Shown piece by piece: positions 19,004-29,480 of a stretch of DNA of 64,000 bases (the first letter of the stretch is position 1; the number at the start of each line of letters is the position of its first letter). The stretch is from an uncultured virus (IMG/VR IMGVR_UViG_3300031420_000005) (lineage: Duplodnaviria; Heunggongvirae; Uroviricota; Caudoviricetes): IMG/VR virus record IMGVR_UViG_3300031420_000005; one strand, given 5' to 3'. The notes beneath the pieces are model-generated. The model was given only the letters and a program-made list of their open reading frames with translations, made no database searches and was not told the DNA's origin. A program made the translations under genes and the position numbers.

Positions 19004-19648
19004 ATGGACACCACCATCGCTTCCAGCCAGACGCTCTACATCGGTGAGCTCAGCTTCCTCGACGCCGAGGGCCTTCGGCTCCCCCAGGGTATCGCGGTGA
19101 GCTTCAACGAGGACATCGCCGCGCGCTTCGCCAACGCCTCCACCCTGGAGGTGCGCGGTGAGCTCAACCATACCTACCGGACCCGGGGTCACCGGGCGCT
19201 CACTGAGCTGGCAGCTCAGGTCGTGAAGCTCACCCGGCTCGCCTGGGACGAGTTCGCCGTGGATCTCCGAGCCTACCTCGACCTGAGCATCGCCGTGCTG
19301 CCTCAGGTGGTGTTCACCGCCGGTGCCGACAAGCTCAAGGTACAGATCACCAAGGCCGGTGGATCGCTCAAGCGCTACGCTGGGATCCTCGACCTTCCCC
19401 GCATCACCACCGCTCACCTCCTGGACTTCGAGGACGCCCTGGAGGAGGCCCAGGCCTGGGAGAACGCCCGGCTCGACGCTCTGGCTGCCGATCCGGAGCG
19501 CAAGGACGACTGGCTCCCGAAGGTTCGCACGGAGCAGGCCTTCACTGATCGTCAGACCCTGGGTTGGATGAACGACTCCGGCTTCTGGGGCGTCTCCTAC
19601 CCGATCAGCGGTGACACCCTCGCCGCGCTCAAGGCTGCTGCAGCCTAG
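19004..19648 (+). CDS. hypothetical protein (MDTTIASS...)
   Basis: TTGCAT-17-TATGAT leaderless promoter. Confidence 0.8.
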   Translation: MDTTIASSQTLYIGELSFLDAEGLRLPQGIAVSFNEDIAARFANASTLEVRGELNHTYRTRGHRALTELAAQVVKLTRLAWDEFAVDLRAYLDLSIAVLPQVVFTAGADKLKVQITKAGGSLKRYAGILDLPRITTAHLLDFEDALEEAQAWENARLDALAADPERKDDWLPKVRTEQAFTDRQTLGWMNDSGFWGVSYPISGDTLAALKAAAA

Positions 19649-19762
19649 AGCCACTCCTAGAAGCACTCCACGCCGTCGAAGCCTAGGGCTGAGGGACTTT
19701 TCCTTCAGCTGACCACAGCCCCATCCTCATCCTCTCTCGAATCCAAAGGAAACACCACTCCC

Positions 19763-20218
19763 ATGAGCGCAACAGCCACCGAAGCCAAGTCCACGCCCAC
19801 CGAGCTCTTCGCCGTCGATCTCAGCGATCTCAACATGGGTCCCATCGTCACCTTCGACGCTGAGCACGCAGCCGACTTCGGCAACGCCCGGCGCCTGCCG
19901 ATCCAGGGGCTCGTCGATCAGGAGCTCTTCCGCCACAGCTTCATCCTTCCGCAGCTGGCCTCCTCTGCCATCGAGCTCGCTGAGCTCTCCCAGAAGGAGT
20001 TCGGCGTGGAGCTCCAGTTCCACCTGAACCTCTCCGTGGACTACCGACCCACCATGGTCATCGACTCGGGTGCTGAGGAGCTCCTGGCAGCCGCTCGCAA
20101 GCGAGTCGGCAAGGAGCCCATTGGCTACGCGCGCTTCATCACCGACGCTGAGCTCCCCTGGGGCTACATCGCCGACATCAAGATCTCCCTGAACCGCATC
20201 CTTCGCGAGAACAAGTAG
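19763..20218 (+). CDS. hypothetical protein
   Basis: AAGGA RBS; weakly similar to modules of 20230-21225. Confidence 0.75.
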   Translation: MSATATEAKSTPTELFAVDLSDLNMGPIVTFDAEHAADFGNARRLPIQGLVDQELFRHSFILPQLASSAIELAELSQKEFGVELQFHLNLSVDYRPTMVIDSGAEELLAAARKRVGKEPIGYARFITDAELPWGYIADIKISLNRILRENK

Positions 20219-20229
20219 GAGCCACTCCC

Positions 20230-21225
20230 ATGAGCGCAACCGCAATGAGCGAGAGCTCCGCTCCCAAGCAGGCCCAGGATTCCAGGATCTTCGTCCACGG
20301 TGCCGGCAAGATGCTCAACACCAATGTCTTCTTCGACTGGGCTGCCGCAGAGCGCTTCGGAGAGCCCGCGGAGGTTCGAGTGGTGGGCGAGATCCAGGAG
20401 GGCTACCGCACCCAACGGGAAGAGGACGGCTTCGATCTCTACAGCTACATGCAGATGATCGAGCTCGCCGAGATGGCGGTCATCCTCCAGGAAGGCTCTC
20501 GCTCCATCGGAGTCGAGCTCGACCTCGCCCTGGACCTCTCCAGCCGTCACAGCGCCAAGATCTCGATCTTCGGCGGTGAGGCAGGGCTCTGGCAGCGCAT
20601 CGAGGAGATCCTCCCCGGGAGTGGAGGCCAGATCACCTTCTTGCTTCGAGACCAGAACCTCCACAAGCCCGACTTCGACATCCTCGCTGAGCTCATCGGG
20701 GAGGCATCGGCGGTGGTTCGGCTCCAGAGCTCGAAGGCTCTCTACATCGCTGATCGGAGCGCGCTTGCCGCAAGCCCCATCCTCCTGGAGTCTGTGGAGG
20801 TGGCAGATGCGCTCAGGAGCTCCTTCCCGATCTTCGAGGTTCGCTTCATCGGAGAACTTCCCGGCCACGAGGCTTTGGTCCACGGACACACCCTCCTCGC
20901 TGCCCATGGGCTCATGCACTTCCTGAGGCTCGCTCAGTTCATCGAGGCACCCCTCCAGGTCCTCTTCGACCTTCGGGATGGCGCCAATCCCACCCTGGAG
21001 CTCCTGGGTGGCAGCAGCGACTTCATCATCGCCCTGGAGGATCGGGTCCTCAACTACAGCCTGGAGCCCGTCGATGGCTGGGAGTATCCGAAGCTCAGCG
21101 GCCTCTTCGATCTTCTCTGTGCCCAGCAGGAGATCGGCTACGATGGAGTCAGCTACGGAGTGCTCAGCTACGGGACGCTCCTGGAGATCGGCCCCGCCCA
21201 CTGGGAGCGCCAGGGACTGAGTTAA
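20230..21225 (+). CDS. hypothetical protein
   Basis: AGGAG RBS, 331 aa. Confidence 0.8.
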   Translation: MSATAMSESSAPKQAQDSRIFVHGAGKMLNTNVFFDWAAAERFGEPAEVRVVGEIQEGYRTQREEDGFDLYSYMQMIELAEMAVILQEGSRSIGVELDLALDLSSRHSAKISIFGGEAGLWQRIEEILPGSGGQITFLLRDQNLHKPDFDILAELIGEASAVVRLQSSKALYIADRSALAASPILLESVEVADALRSSFPIFEVRFIGELPGHEALVHGHTLLAAHGLMHFLRLAQFIEAPLQVLFDLRDGANPTLELLGGSSDFIIALEDRVLNYSLEPVDGWEYPKLSGLFDLLCAQQEIGYDGVSYGVLSYGTLLEIGPAHWERQGLS

Positions 21226-21362
21226 GCCGCAGACAGCCGCCCTCGGGGAGATTCGATTCCTCGAGGGTGGTTGCACTTCGGTCAAGGACCGTGTACGGTG
21301 GGATCTACCGCATCCCGCCGGGACAGCTTCCGGCATCTCAGTCCTCCCGAAAGGCCCCTCCC

Positions 21363-21566
21363 ATGGCGAACTCCAAGCCCCGGATCCTCCAGGAATCCGT
21401 CTTCGAGAACAGCTCCAACGAGGACATCGAGTTCCTCATCCCCGTCAACGAGAAGGTCCGGGTCAGCTACGACCAGAAGCGCTTCTCCTACGAGGTCTTC
21501 TCCTCGGAGCGCGAGCAGCAGTCGGTGGTGCTGACTCCCGGGGACTCCCTGGAGCTGATCTCCTAG
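21363..21566 (+). CDS. small hypothetical protein (MANSKPRIL...)
   Basis: GAAAGG RBS; downstream hairpin 21596-21634. Confidence 0.65.
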   Translation: MANSKPRILQESVFENSSNEDIEFLIPVNEKVRVSYDQKRFSYEVFSSEREQQSVVLTPGDSLELIS

Positions 21567-21673
21567 GGAACTCGCTCCTCCAACAGCCCCGCTCCAGCAG
21601 GGGTCTCGCCAGCACCATTCGGCGGGACCCCTGCTGCTGTTCCCGGCAGCTTCGAGCTCGATAGGATGGATCC

Positions 21674-21859
21674 ATGGCAAGGAACACAGGTAGGGGATCC
21701 CGGGCAGCACTGACTCAGCCCGGAGCGCTTCGAGCATCCATGTGGACAGCTACTAGCGGCACCACTGGACGCTTCCAGCGAGCCAAGAGCGCCGGTGGAG
21801 CCTTCGGTGCTCGGCCTGGACTCCTGGAGAGTCTGCGGAGAGTCTGGAGAGGCAGATGA
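21674..21859 (+). CDS. small basic protein resembling an uncharacterised MATNTG.G.R...W...TGRF...K..G..F mini-protein family
   Basis: TAGGAT-6nt-ATG; motif recognised from memory only. Confidence 0.5.
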   Translation: MARNTGRGSRAALTQPGALRASMWTATSGTTGRFQRAKSAGGAFGARPGLLESLRRVWRGR

Positions 21860-22260
21860 CGACATCACAGGAATCTTCAGAATCGGCGAACAACCGTTCA
21901 CCGATCTTCTTCTCGGGCGAGAGGCCCGTTCCCGAATGGGAGCTCCGAGACCGGGAGCTCAGCGAGTGGCGAGAGGACCGGTCCAAGTACTACTTCCGGG
22001 ACATCGGCTACCTCCTTCAGCATGTTGTTCGCAGCCATCGCTTTCAGCCTCAGACTCGAGGCACTCAGCGGCTCAACGATCCGGGCTGGCGAACCTGCAG
22101 CTGCGGCTGGGAGGGCTACTGGCATGGCTTCGAGCCCCATCTGGCCGACGAGCTTCGTGCGCTGGTGACGAGCGAGGATCCCGTGGCCTACTGGAAGGCC
22201 ATCCAGGACGCCCGGCTCGCTGCGATCCCGGACGATGGCTGGGACGAGCCCGAGGACTGA
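21856..22260 (+). CDS. hypothetical protein with CSCGW...H motif
   Basis: ATGA-coupled to previous gene. Confidence 0.7.
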   Translation: MTTSQESSESANNRSPIFFSGERPVPEWELRDRELSEWREDRSKYYFRDIGYLLQHVVRSHRFQPQTRGTQRLNDPGWRTCSCGWEGYWHGFEPHLADELRALVTSEDPVAYWKAIQDARLAAIPDDGWDEPED

Positions 22261-22309
22261 TCCTCTAGCCCGGTTGACAGGCCATCAGCTGTGGGCATAG
22301 GATCTACCC

Positions 22310-22492
22310 ATGTCGAACTTCAGCTCGCAGAGCTCCGTCTCCGAAGAGAACCTCTCCCCGATCCCGGAGCCGATCCCCTCCCCGGAGATGACCCCCGAAG
22401 AGGCCCGGGCCTGGCTCGACGCCAACCTCGAGTGGGCCATGCAGAGCGACGATGACGATGAGATCGAGGACGAGGAGTACGACGACGAGTGA
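22310..22492 (+). CDS. small very acidic protein
   Basis: TTGACA(22274-22279)-18-TAGGAT leaderless promoter. Confidence 0.7.
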   Translation: MSNFSSQSSVSEENLSPIPEPIPSPEMTPEEARAWLDANLEWAMQSDDDDEIEDEEYDDE

Positions 22493-22672
22493 TCCCTCGC
22501 TCCGGCGAAAGACTCCAATCCCCTTCCGGCATCTCCTAGCCCGTTCTAGGTCCGCCGGGAGGGGATTGCTCTTGGGCCAGACTCAGCGAGCTCCTAGGCC
22601 ATCACCATGGATCTCTTGAGCCTTCAGGGAGACAGGGTTGCGGCATCTTCCTCCGTGGTGTAGGATTATGCC

Positions 22673-24079
22673 ATGACCACAGACTCGAATCAGTCCCCAT
22701 CAGATCTCCCCGAGCTCCCCGAGAGCCTCAAGCGCTTCGGCGAGGGTCCCCTCGGTGACAGCTTCCGTGCGCTCTACGCTGAAATGGTGAAGGAGTTCAC
22801 CCCGGAGGACATCGGTCAGATCGTCTCCGGGAACTTCACCACTCCCGAGGGCCAGGATTCGACGAGCTGGAAGGCAAAGCTGGAGGCAGAGGGCTGGACG
22901 GTGCTGACCAGCTCGATCTCTCCCTTGGAGCTCATCCGCAGCGCCCGTTCGGCCGACGAGGATCTCGTTGTCTTCCTGGATCGTCCGGAGGAGCTCTCAG
23001 AGAACGAGAATCTGCAGGCAGCTGCTCGACCGACTCGCTACTGCGGGCTCCCCGACGACTTCATCCTCCTCCGACCCGATGCAAAGACCATCGATCAGCG
23101 AGTGAAGGATCTCCTGAGCTCCCGGCTCGTCTCCATCCCCAAATCGGAGGACAGCACTCAGAGGACCATCGACCCCGAGCTGTTCCGAACCGTCGAGGTT
23201 CTCCTTCCCGACGAGGAGGCAGCAGCTGCCCCCAGGAAGGCCCGGAAGGCCGAGGACACCGTGACCGTTCCCGTCGAGCTCTGGCACGCTCTGCGAGGCG
23301 TACTCAACACCCCCGGGCTTCGTGATGCTCTGGTGGAGCTCGCAGAGAAGGATGGCTACCGTTCCGACTGGTACGCCGACGATCTCGATGTTGCTCTGGC
23401 AGAGCTCTCAGCCTTCGAGGCCGAGCAAGCCACCGATGATCAGTTCGAGCAGGAAGCCAACGACCGCGATCCCTTCCGGGCCCGGGAGATCAGCGCCAAG
23501 ATTCGAAGCTTCGTGGAGAGCCAGGTGAAACCCTCCCTAGACGCCGCCACTGAGGGGCTCAAGGCTAGGGGTACTCAAACCCACGAGTTCCTTGATAAGT
23601 TCTACCTCGATCAGCTCCGCAGCCACTCCATCAGCAATGTAGAGCTTCTGGTGGGTATCCTCGCTAAGCTCGGTGCCAAGCCGAAGGTAGAGTCCGAAGA
23701 TGACAGGCCGGAGACTCCAGAGGTTCCCGAAGAGGTCTTCGTGGACTACCTCCGGCTCATCGAATCCACCGGAGACTCGAAGTCCGATGAGCCCCGCACG
23801 GGCAAGAGTCTCTCGGCCGATTTCACCGTGCAGGATCTCGTGGCTAGCTACGACGAGACGAAGATCTCTGATGTACTGGACTACATCACCCTGCGGGCCA
23901 ACCGCTTCCCGGTGCTCTACGCTCAGCTCGTGGAGCTCCTCTCCAGCGAGGGCTTCAGTGACCGGGATCGGCTCGTCATGGTCCTCGGAGCGCTCGATGG
24001 CTACGAGGCCTCCGACGACTACGGCATCGGTGACGCCTACCACATCAGCCAGATCCGGCAGCTCCTGAAGCGCCGCTGA
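22673..24079 (+). CDS. large acidic hypothetical protein
   Basis: TTGCGG-17-TAGGAT leaderless promoter; 468-aa ORF. Confidence 0.85.
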   Translation: MTTDSNQSPSDLPELPESLKRFGEGPLGDSFRALYAEMVKEFTPEDIGQIVSGNFTTPEGQDSTSWKAKLEAEGWTVLTSSISPLELIRSARSADEDLVVFLDRPEELSENENLQAAARPTRYCGLPDDFILLRPDAKTIDQRVKDLLSSRLVSIPKSEDSTQRTIDPELFRTVEVLLPDEEAAAAPRKARKAEDTVTVPVELWHALRGVLNTPGLRDALVELAEKDGYRSDWYADDLDVALAELSAFEAEQATDDQFEQEANDRDPFRAREISAKIRSFVESQVKPSLDAATEGLKARGTQTHEFLDKFYLDQLRSHSISNVELLVGILAKLGAKPKVESEDDRPETPEVPEEVFVDYLRLIESTGDSKSDEPRTGKSLSADFTVQDLVASYDETKISDVLDYITLRANRFPVLYAQLVELLSSEGFSDRDRLVMVLGALDGYEASDDYGIGDAYHISQIRQLLKRR

Positions 24080-24162
24080 CAGGTCAGATCGGCTACAGCT
24101 CCTATGCATAGCCCTGTGTAGGAATGCGTAGGCTATCCACAATCTGAAAGAAGGAGCCATTC

Positions 24163-24423
24163 ATGGCACAGCTCACAGCAACCGGCGAGTCCCGGGTGAT
24201 CTCGGAGGGCTTCATCGCCCTGGGTGACCGGGATCAGAACGAGGGTAGACTCGGTCTCTTCGAGATCGGTCGCTACACCACCGAGGCGGAGGCCCGGGAG
24301 GCCTCCAGGACCGCAGGTGTCTTCGGAAGCCCCGGCGAGGTCGAGTCCTTCGAGACGCGGCTCTACGCGGGTGGAGCTATCCTGGAGGAGAAGACCCGCC
24401 TCGAGAGGAGCCGTCGCTCGTGA
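24163..24423 (+). CDS. hypothetical protein
   Basis: AAGGAG RBS. Confidence 0.75.
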   Translation: MAQLTATGESRVISEGFIALGDRDQNEGRLGLFEIGRYTTEAEAREASRTAGVFGSPGEVESFETRLYAGGAILEEKTRLERSRRS

Positions 24424-24896
24424 TCGTGGTCAATGAGAGTCAAGAGCTCGAAGTCGCAGAGGCCCAGGAGGCCGAAGGCACTGGGATCGACTACAGCGTG
24501 CTGGGCGGATTCGGGCCTATCGACCAGAGCAGGCCGAGAGCTAAGGCTCGCACTGAGTTCGAAGCTGAAAATCGCTGGAAGTTCTCAGTGATCTCCACGG
24601 CTCAGGACGAGTGGAAGATCACGGTGGTCAACAATAGCGGGCACTTCGCCACCTTCGCTCCAGCCTATGTGAAGGCTAGCCATGAGCTGAAGGGCCTGGA
24701 CATTCCGGTCTTCTCGCTGAAGGCTCTCGGTTCGACCACCCTCAATCCTGATGAACCCCTAGAGCTGGCCCTCCATGCTGTATTCGAGGACAGGGAAACC
24801 GGAGAGCGAGTCGAATCTTCAGGGCAGGCTACGCTCACCATCGGCTACTTTGCCTGGGCTGACTACGCGACCTATAAGCAGGAGTTCAAGCTCTAG
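24420..24896 (+). CDS. beta-sandwich-like protein, paralog family D (divergent)
   Basis: WKF...WKITVVNNSG...F.P...LNPDE.L matches 28006/28438/34626. Confidence 0.6.
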   Translation: MIVVNESQELEVAEAQEAEGTGIDYSVLGGFGPIDQSRPRAKARTEFEAENRWKFSVISTAQDEWKITVVNNSGHFATFAPAYVKASHELKGLDIPVFSLKALGSTTLNPDEPLELALHAVFEDRETGERVESSGQATLTIGYFAWADYATYKQEFKL

Positions 24897-24951
24897 GCAG
24901 AGATTCCAGCAATCGGTTGACAACCGTTCACCGGAAGCGTAGGTTGTTCCC

Positions 24952-25158
24952 ATGACCGCCACGCAGACCGCACCGCTCGTCTCGACCTCCAACCCCGTGC
25001 TCGTGAAGTTCCGCTCCATCCCGACTGATTCCCGTTCGGCCTGGGCGCTGGGCTTCCTGGAGCGCTTCGGCGAGGTCTACTTCGCCAACTGGTCGGATGC
25101 CGAGGCCAACCCGGCCGCCACCGTCGTTCGCCGCTGGCTCCGGGTCTACGGTCGCTGA
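24952..25158 (+). CDS. small hypothetical protein
   Basis: TTGACA-17-TAGGTT leaderless promoter. Confidence 0.75.
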   Translation: MTATQTAPLVSTSNPVLVKFRSIPTDSRSAWALGFLERFGEVYFANWSDAEANPAATVVRRWLRVYGR

Positions 25159-25332
25159 TCGCTTCTCTCCTCTCAGCCTCTTCAAAGGGCTCCGCGCACA
25201 TTCACCGTGCTCGGAGCCCTTCCTCATTCTCCAGGCAGTCCAGGACCTTCCAGCGATGCTCCTGCGTTCACATCGAGGAAGATATCTCCGTTGCCGGTTG
25301 CGCTGAGCGCCTGTACCGCATAGGATCATCCC

Positions 25333-25695
25333 ATGAACATCTTCGGCAGCCTCCAGAAGGACCCCTCCAAGCCCAGCGGCTTCCCGGGTGCATCCTTCGC
25401 CAGCGAGTTCGAGAAGGCGAAGCTCCCCAAGCTCAACCAGACGATCAGCGAGAGCATGAGAACGGCTCTGCAGCTCCACATCGAGGAGACCTACGAGAGG
25501 AAGATCCGAAAGGTCGTGGGCTTCGAGGAGCTCACCAAGTTCGGTGGCGGCTGCAACACCTGTGTCTACGACTACACCGAGGTGGATGTGTACTTCAAGG
25601 ACTGGGGTGGCAGGCTCCTCAAGATCTCCATCGGAGACAACTTCGACAGCCTGGTGCTCAACCTGTCCAGGAAGCTCGGCGGTCTCATCGACTGA
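25333..25695 (+). CDS. hypothetical protein with GGC.TC motif
   Basis: TTGCGC(25298-25303)-17-TAGGAT leaderless promoter. Confidence 0.8.
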   Translation: MNIFGSLQKDPSKPSGFPGASFASEFEKAKLPKLNQTISESMRTALQLHIEETYERKIRKVVGFEELTKFGGGCNTCVYDYTEVDVYFKDWGGRLLKISIGDNFDSLVLNLSRKLGGLID

Positions 25696-25945
25696 GAGTT
25701 GACCAGAGAGCGGCCCAGTGGAACTCACCCTCCACTGGGCCGCTCCTCGTTTCCGGGAGCTGCTCTCTGAGACCCCGCTGGGAGGAGCCACGCACAATGA
25801 CCGTCCAGGATGGCCTTCGGCGCTCAGGGAGGCGCCTACTGCCAGCGGATCGGTGGCCAGCGCCGCTCTCCATCGATACTCTAGCTCCATAGCCGGCAGA
25901 CCGACCGCAGCTGCAAGCAGTAGCGTTCCCAACTCAGGAGTTTCC

Positions 25946-26293
25946 ATGGCAGAGTCTAGCGCATCCACCGTCCGTGCCTTCCACCTGGTCATGCGCGACA
26001 ACGAGGAGGGTGGGCTCCACTACGCCTACGAGACGGAGCCCTACTTCGCCCTGCCCAGTGAGCTGGTCGAAGCCCTGGGGGCTCCCGTCGGTGACTTCGC
26101 CCACGACTTCGTGAGCGGCGCCTACCAGAACGATCTGCTCTCCAATCCGGATGATGTGGGCATGGCTCCCTGGTTCGAGGTCGAGGAGCTTCCCAGCGGA
26201 AGCACCGTCCCTCAGCTCATCGAGAGCAAGAGCGACTTCGAGGACTACCTCCTCAAGGGCTACAGGCACGCTTGCTGCATCGGCTGGGAATAG
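25946..26293 (+). CDS. hypothetical protein (MAESSASTV...)
   Basis: AGGAG RBS. Confidence 0.7.
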   Translation: MAESSASTVRAFHLVMRDNEEGGLHYAYETEPYFALPSELVEALGAPVGDFAHDFVSGAYQNDLLSNPDDVGMAPWFEVEELPSGSTVPQLIESKSDFEDYLLKGYRHACCIGWE

Positions 26294-26385
26294 GGCCCTA
26301 GGCTCGACCTTCCCTAGTTCCCTGTAGCCTCTACCTCTACCAGTAATCTCTGTCCACAGCCTTTCTTCAATTTCAAGGACTTCCC

Positions 26386-26934
26386 ATGAACACCTGGATC
26401 GTTGCCTACCTTCCTGTTCCCCTAGAGAACTTCGACCCCAGCACCTACTTGAGCGAGGTCCTCGAGGCGGAGCTTCCCTCCATGGCCTTCTATGAGACCT
26501 ACGAGCGCTTCATCGCTGTCTTCAAGGGCGAGCTCGAGGCGGAGATCGACCGCACGGAGGTCAACCACGACGAGCCCACCGTGGAGTTCCACTTCGACAC
26601 GAACCTGCGGGCGGAGGAGGTCCGGCGCCGCATCGAGGAGGTTCCGGCCCTGGCTGAGTTCGCCTCCACAGTGGCCATGGTGGAGGACATGTCCCCGGAA
26701 TACGAGCACGCCCTGGAGCTGGAGCAGATCGAGCTGGAGATCGCTCAGGCTCAGGCGGAGATGGAGGAGCGTGCCGCTCGCTGGAGCGCAGAGGATGCTG
26801 AGGTAGCAGCTCGCATCGGCCAGCGGGAACCCGATCTCATGGTGGATGAGGCTACGCAGTACCTGAAGGCCCAGAAACCAGCCCGTCGAAAGCCCAGCGG
26901 TCCATCGAAGCCCGGCAGCTCCTTCGGACTCTGA
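26386..26934 (+). CDS. hypothetical protein
   Basis: AAGGA RBS; downstream hairpin about 26957-26994. Confidence 0.8.
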   Translation: MNTWIVAYLPVPLENFDPSTYLSEVLEAELPSMAFYETYERFIAVFKGELEAEIDRTEVNHDEPTVEFHFDTNLRAEEVRRRIEEVPALAEFASTVAMVEDMSPEYEHALELEQIELEIAQAQAEMEERAARWSAEDAEVAARIGQREPDLMVDEATQYLKAQKPARRKPSGPSKPGSSFGL

Positions 26935-27075
26935 GTTCCTCGAACCCTTCCCGGCTGAGCCCGGCGGATCTTCATAGCGAAGATCCGCCGGGCTCTTCCT
27001 GTTGACAGCTGGTCTCGACTGTGCGATGGTTAATCCTGAATAGTGGCCGCAGCCGACAGTAGGAAAAGAGTTCCC

Positions 27076-27900
27076 ATGGGCAATCCCTCCATCGAGATCA
27101 AGCGCACGGACTACCAGTCCATGGGTCCGGACACTCTCACCGCCTGGGTTGAGGAGCTCTCGGCTGCGAGCAACAACAGCTCCATGCTCTGGGACTACTG
27201 GCACGCCAAGAGCTTCGAGGAGAAGCTCCTCGCCTCCATCGTCACCGACATCCGTCAGCGCAACCAGGATCAGTTCCCTCGGCTCGCGTCCAAGATCGTC
27301 TTCAATGACTCCAGGAAGGGCCTCGTCCTCAGGGATCGGCGCTGGAACGACATCCGCGTCTCACGCCACGGCATGGGAGCCTGGGATGCCGTACTGACAG
27401 CAGTTCTGCAGGAAGTTGCCGTGGACCTCTCCCAGGATGCGAAAAGAGGCCAGGCCTGGGCCGACCACGCTCGAGCTCTGGGCGTGTCCCTGGCCCCCGT
27501 GGAGTTCACCTTCCGGGAACCCTTCGGATCCCGGGGCACGGTGAAGACGCCCTACGGTCCCCTGGATGTCACCTTCGGTCAGGACTCGATCACCGCCCCC
27601 GACGGAAGCTGGACTGGAGTCCCCATCGCCGTTGTCAAGGACTTCGTGGACATCGAAGACAGCACAGGTCAGGTCCATCGCGTGCGCGGCGAGGAGATCC
27701 ATCCTCACAGCGGAGATCTCGCCAAGGTACTTCCCCTCGAGCAGCGGATCTCCTACGCTACCGTGCGCTTCGGAAAGCACTTCGTGGACGAGGGCGGAAA
27801 GCGCTTCTACGCGCTCTACCGGATCTCCGGAAGCCGGGTCGCTACCCTCTCGGCCGACGGGCTTAGGAGCGTGGCACGAGTCACAGATCTCAAGGCCTAG
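27076..27900 (+). CDS. hypothetical protein (MGNPSIEIK...)
   Basis: AGGA RBS, upstream TTGACA. Confidence 0.8.
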   Translation: MGNPSIEIKRTDYQSMGPDTLTAWVEELSAASNNSSMLWDYWHAKSFEEKLLASIVTDIRQRNQDQFPRLASKIVFNDSRKGLVLRDRRWNDIRVSRHGMGAWDAVLTAVLQEVAVDLSQDAKRGQAWADHARALGVSLAPVEFTFREPFGSRGTVKTPYGPLDVTFGQDSITAPDGSWTGVPIAVVKDFVDIEDSTGQVHRVRGEEIHPHSGDLAKVLPLEQRISYATVRFGKHFVDEGGKRFYALYRISGSRVATLSADGLRSVARVTDLKA

Positions 27901-28005
27901 GCCCAGCCGGCCATTGACAGATGGCTTCATCTATACAAGAATCGAATGTACAGTGGTGCGAGCCACCTCTAGAGACTTCAACACAGCACCGAGAGAAGAG
28001 AATCC

Positions 28006-28434
28006 ATGAGCTCCAGCGACCTTCAGCCTCCGCAGCGGATCAGCCCTAGCTGGTCCATCGACCTGCAGCCCCTGGATCCCGAGGACGCGCACTCCTACCG
28101 GCTCCAGGTCCTCAACGGTGGCGCGATGGTGGGATCCTTCACGCCTCTGGCGCTCCAGTCCAACGGCAACCCCGACCAGGACTTCGCTCGGCTGAAGCTC
28201 CGGGCGCTTCCGGGCTCCGACGGCTCGAACCTCGTCAACCCGGGTGAGTCGCTGTTCTTCGAGCTCATCGCCGAGCCCGGTAGGCCCCTTCCGGAGGGCG
28301 GGTCCATCGTTCTGGATCTCCTCTACGCTGCCATCAGCCCGCAGACGGGTGACTGGTACTCCAGGGACAAGGACGCTGCCGTGCTCTCGCTCCCCATCGT
28401 CATCGGCTCGACCGCCGACAGAGAGGATCGCTGA
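28006..28434 (+). CDS. beta-sandwich-like protein, paralog family D
   Basis: WSIDLQP...L.V.NGG...SF.PL...NPGESL. Confidence 0.8.
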   Translation: MSSSDLQPPQRISPSWSIDLQPLDPEDAHSYRLQVLNGGAMVGSFTPLALQSNGNPDQDFARLKLRALPGSDGSNLVNPGESLFFELIAEPGRPLPEGGSIVLDLLYAAISPQTGDWYSRDKDAAVLSLPIVIGSTADREDR

Positions 28435-28437
28435 ACC

Positions 28438-28860
28438 ATGGCCTTCGACACCACTCACTTCGGCCCGAACTGGGCCATCGATGTGCAGCCCCGGAGCAGC
28501 CGGACCTGGATCGTTCGGGCCACCAACCAGGGGAGCGTTGCCTCGAGCTTCCTCCCCCTGGGGCTCACCCTGGCTGCTGACTCCGAGCTCACCACTGTCA
28601 AGACTCTCCAGCTCCGAGTTCCCAGCAAGGTCCTCGGTAGGGCTCCCGCGGGTGCCGTGCTCAACCCCGGAGAGTCCCTGGACTACGAGCTCTGGGTGAA
28701 GCTCGAGGACGAGGATGAGCCCGGCGAGGGTGAGTCGGTAGAGCTCGCTCTGGTGCTGAGCTACCTGGAGCTCCAGTCGCTCGTGGATCCCCTGACGCCC
28801 ACTCGGCTCAAGATCAGGCTCCCCCTCGAGGGTGGCTTCTGGTCCCCGAAGAAGGGCTGA
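28438..28860 (+). CDS. beta-sandwich-like protein, paralog family D
   Basis: WAIDVQP...TNQG...SFLPL...LNPGESLDYEL. Confidence 0.8.
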   Translation: MAFDTTHFGPNWAIDVQPRSSRTWIVRATNQGSVASSFLPLGLTLAADSELTTVKTLQLRVPSKVLGRAPAGAVLNPGESLDYELWVKLEDEDEPGEGESVELALVLSYLELQSLVDPLTPTRLKIRLPLEGGFWSPKKG

Positions 28861-28864
28861 ATCC

Positions 28865-29422
28865 ATGGCCGAGTACGAACCCCGAGGCTACTTGCAGCTC
28901 ACCCGCCGGGAGGACGCCAAACTCTCCGAGGAGTCGGAAGACTACGCCAACCTCTACATCGTGAGCTCTCGCTGGGGCTACAAGCTCGTGCGGAGGACGA
29001 TCCAGGAAGACTCCATGGGACCCCTCATGCTGGGATCCCTGGGGCTCACCTACGCTGAGTTTGAGCCCGGTGACCCGGACAAGGCCGACCTCGTGTTCCC
29101 GCTCCCCACGGTCACCCTCGAGGACATCAACCATCTTGAGCAGGCCCTCCCGGAGTTCTTCGAGGAGATTCGCAGCTACGGCATCGACGGACAGATGGAC
29201 TTCAACTTCATCCCCGATGACCCTACTGCTGACACCGTGGGCCTCGTCTGGACACCCAGTAGCGAGGTCGTTCTTCGGGTCGATCTTTCCGACGCCTTCC
29301 GCCCGAGCGACCCGATCCATCCCGATCAGGCAAACGAGGCCGTCTTCGAGGGGCTCGCGGCGCCGGAGGAACCCAGTGCGAACAGCCCCGAGGGCGAAGA
29401 TCCCGACTGGATGAAGTTCTAG
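28865..29422 (+). CDS. hypothetical protein, paralog pair E
   Basis: YEP.G..QLT and LP.F..E...GID shared with 29481-30017. Confidence 0.75.
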   Translation: MAEYEPRGYLQLTRREDAKLSEESEDYANLYIVSSRWGYKLVRRTIQEDSMGPLMLGSLGLTYAEFEPGDPDKADLVFPLPTVTLEDINHLEQALPEFFEEIRSYGIDGQMDFNFIPDDPTADTVGLVWTPSSEVVLRVDLSDAFRPSDPIHPDQANEAVFEGLAAPEEPSANSPEGEDPDWMKF

Positions 29423-29480
29423 GCGGTACCACAGTCCTAGGCCATCCACAAGCTGACAGCACCACCAACAGGAGATCCCC

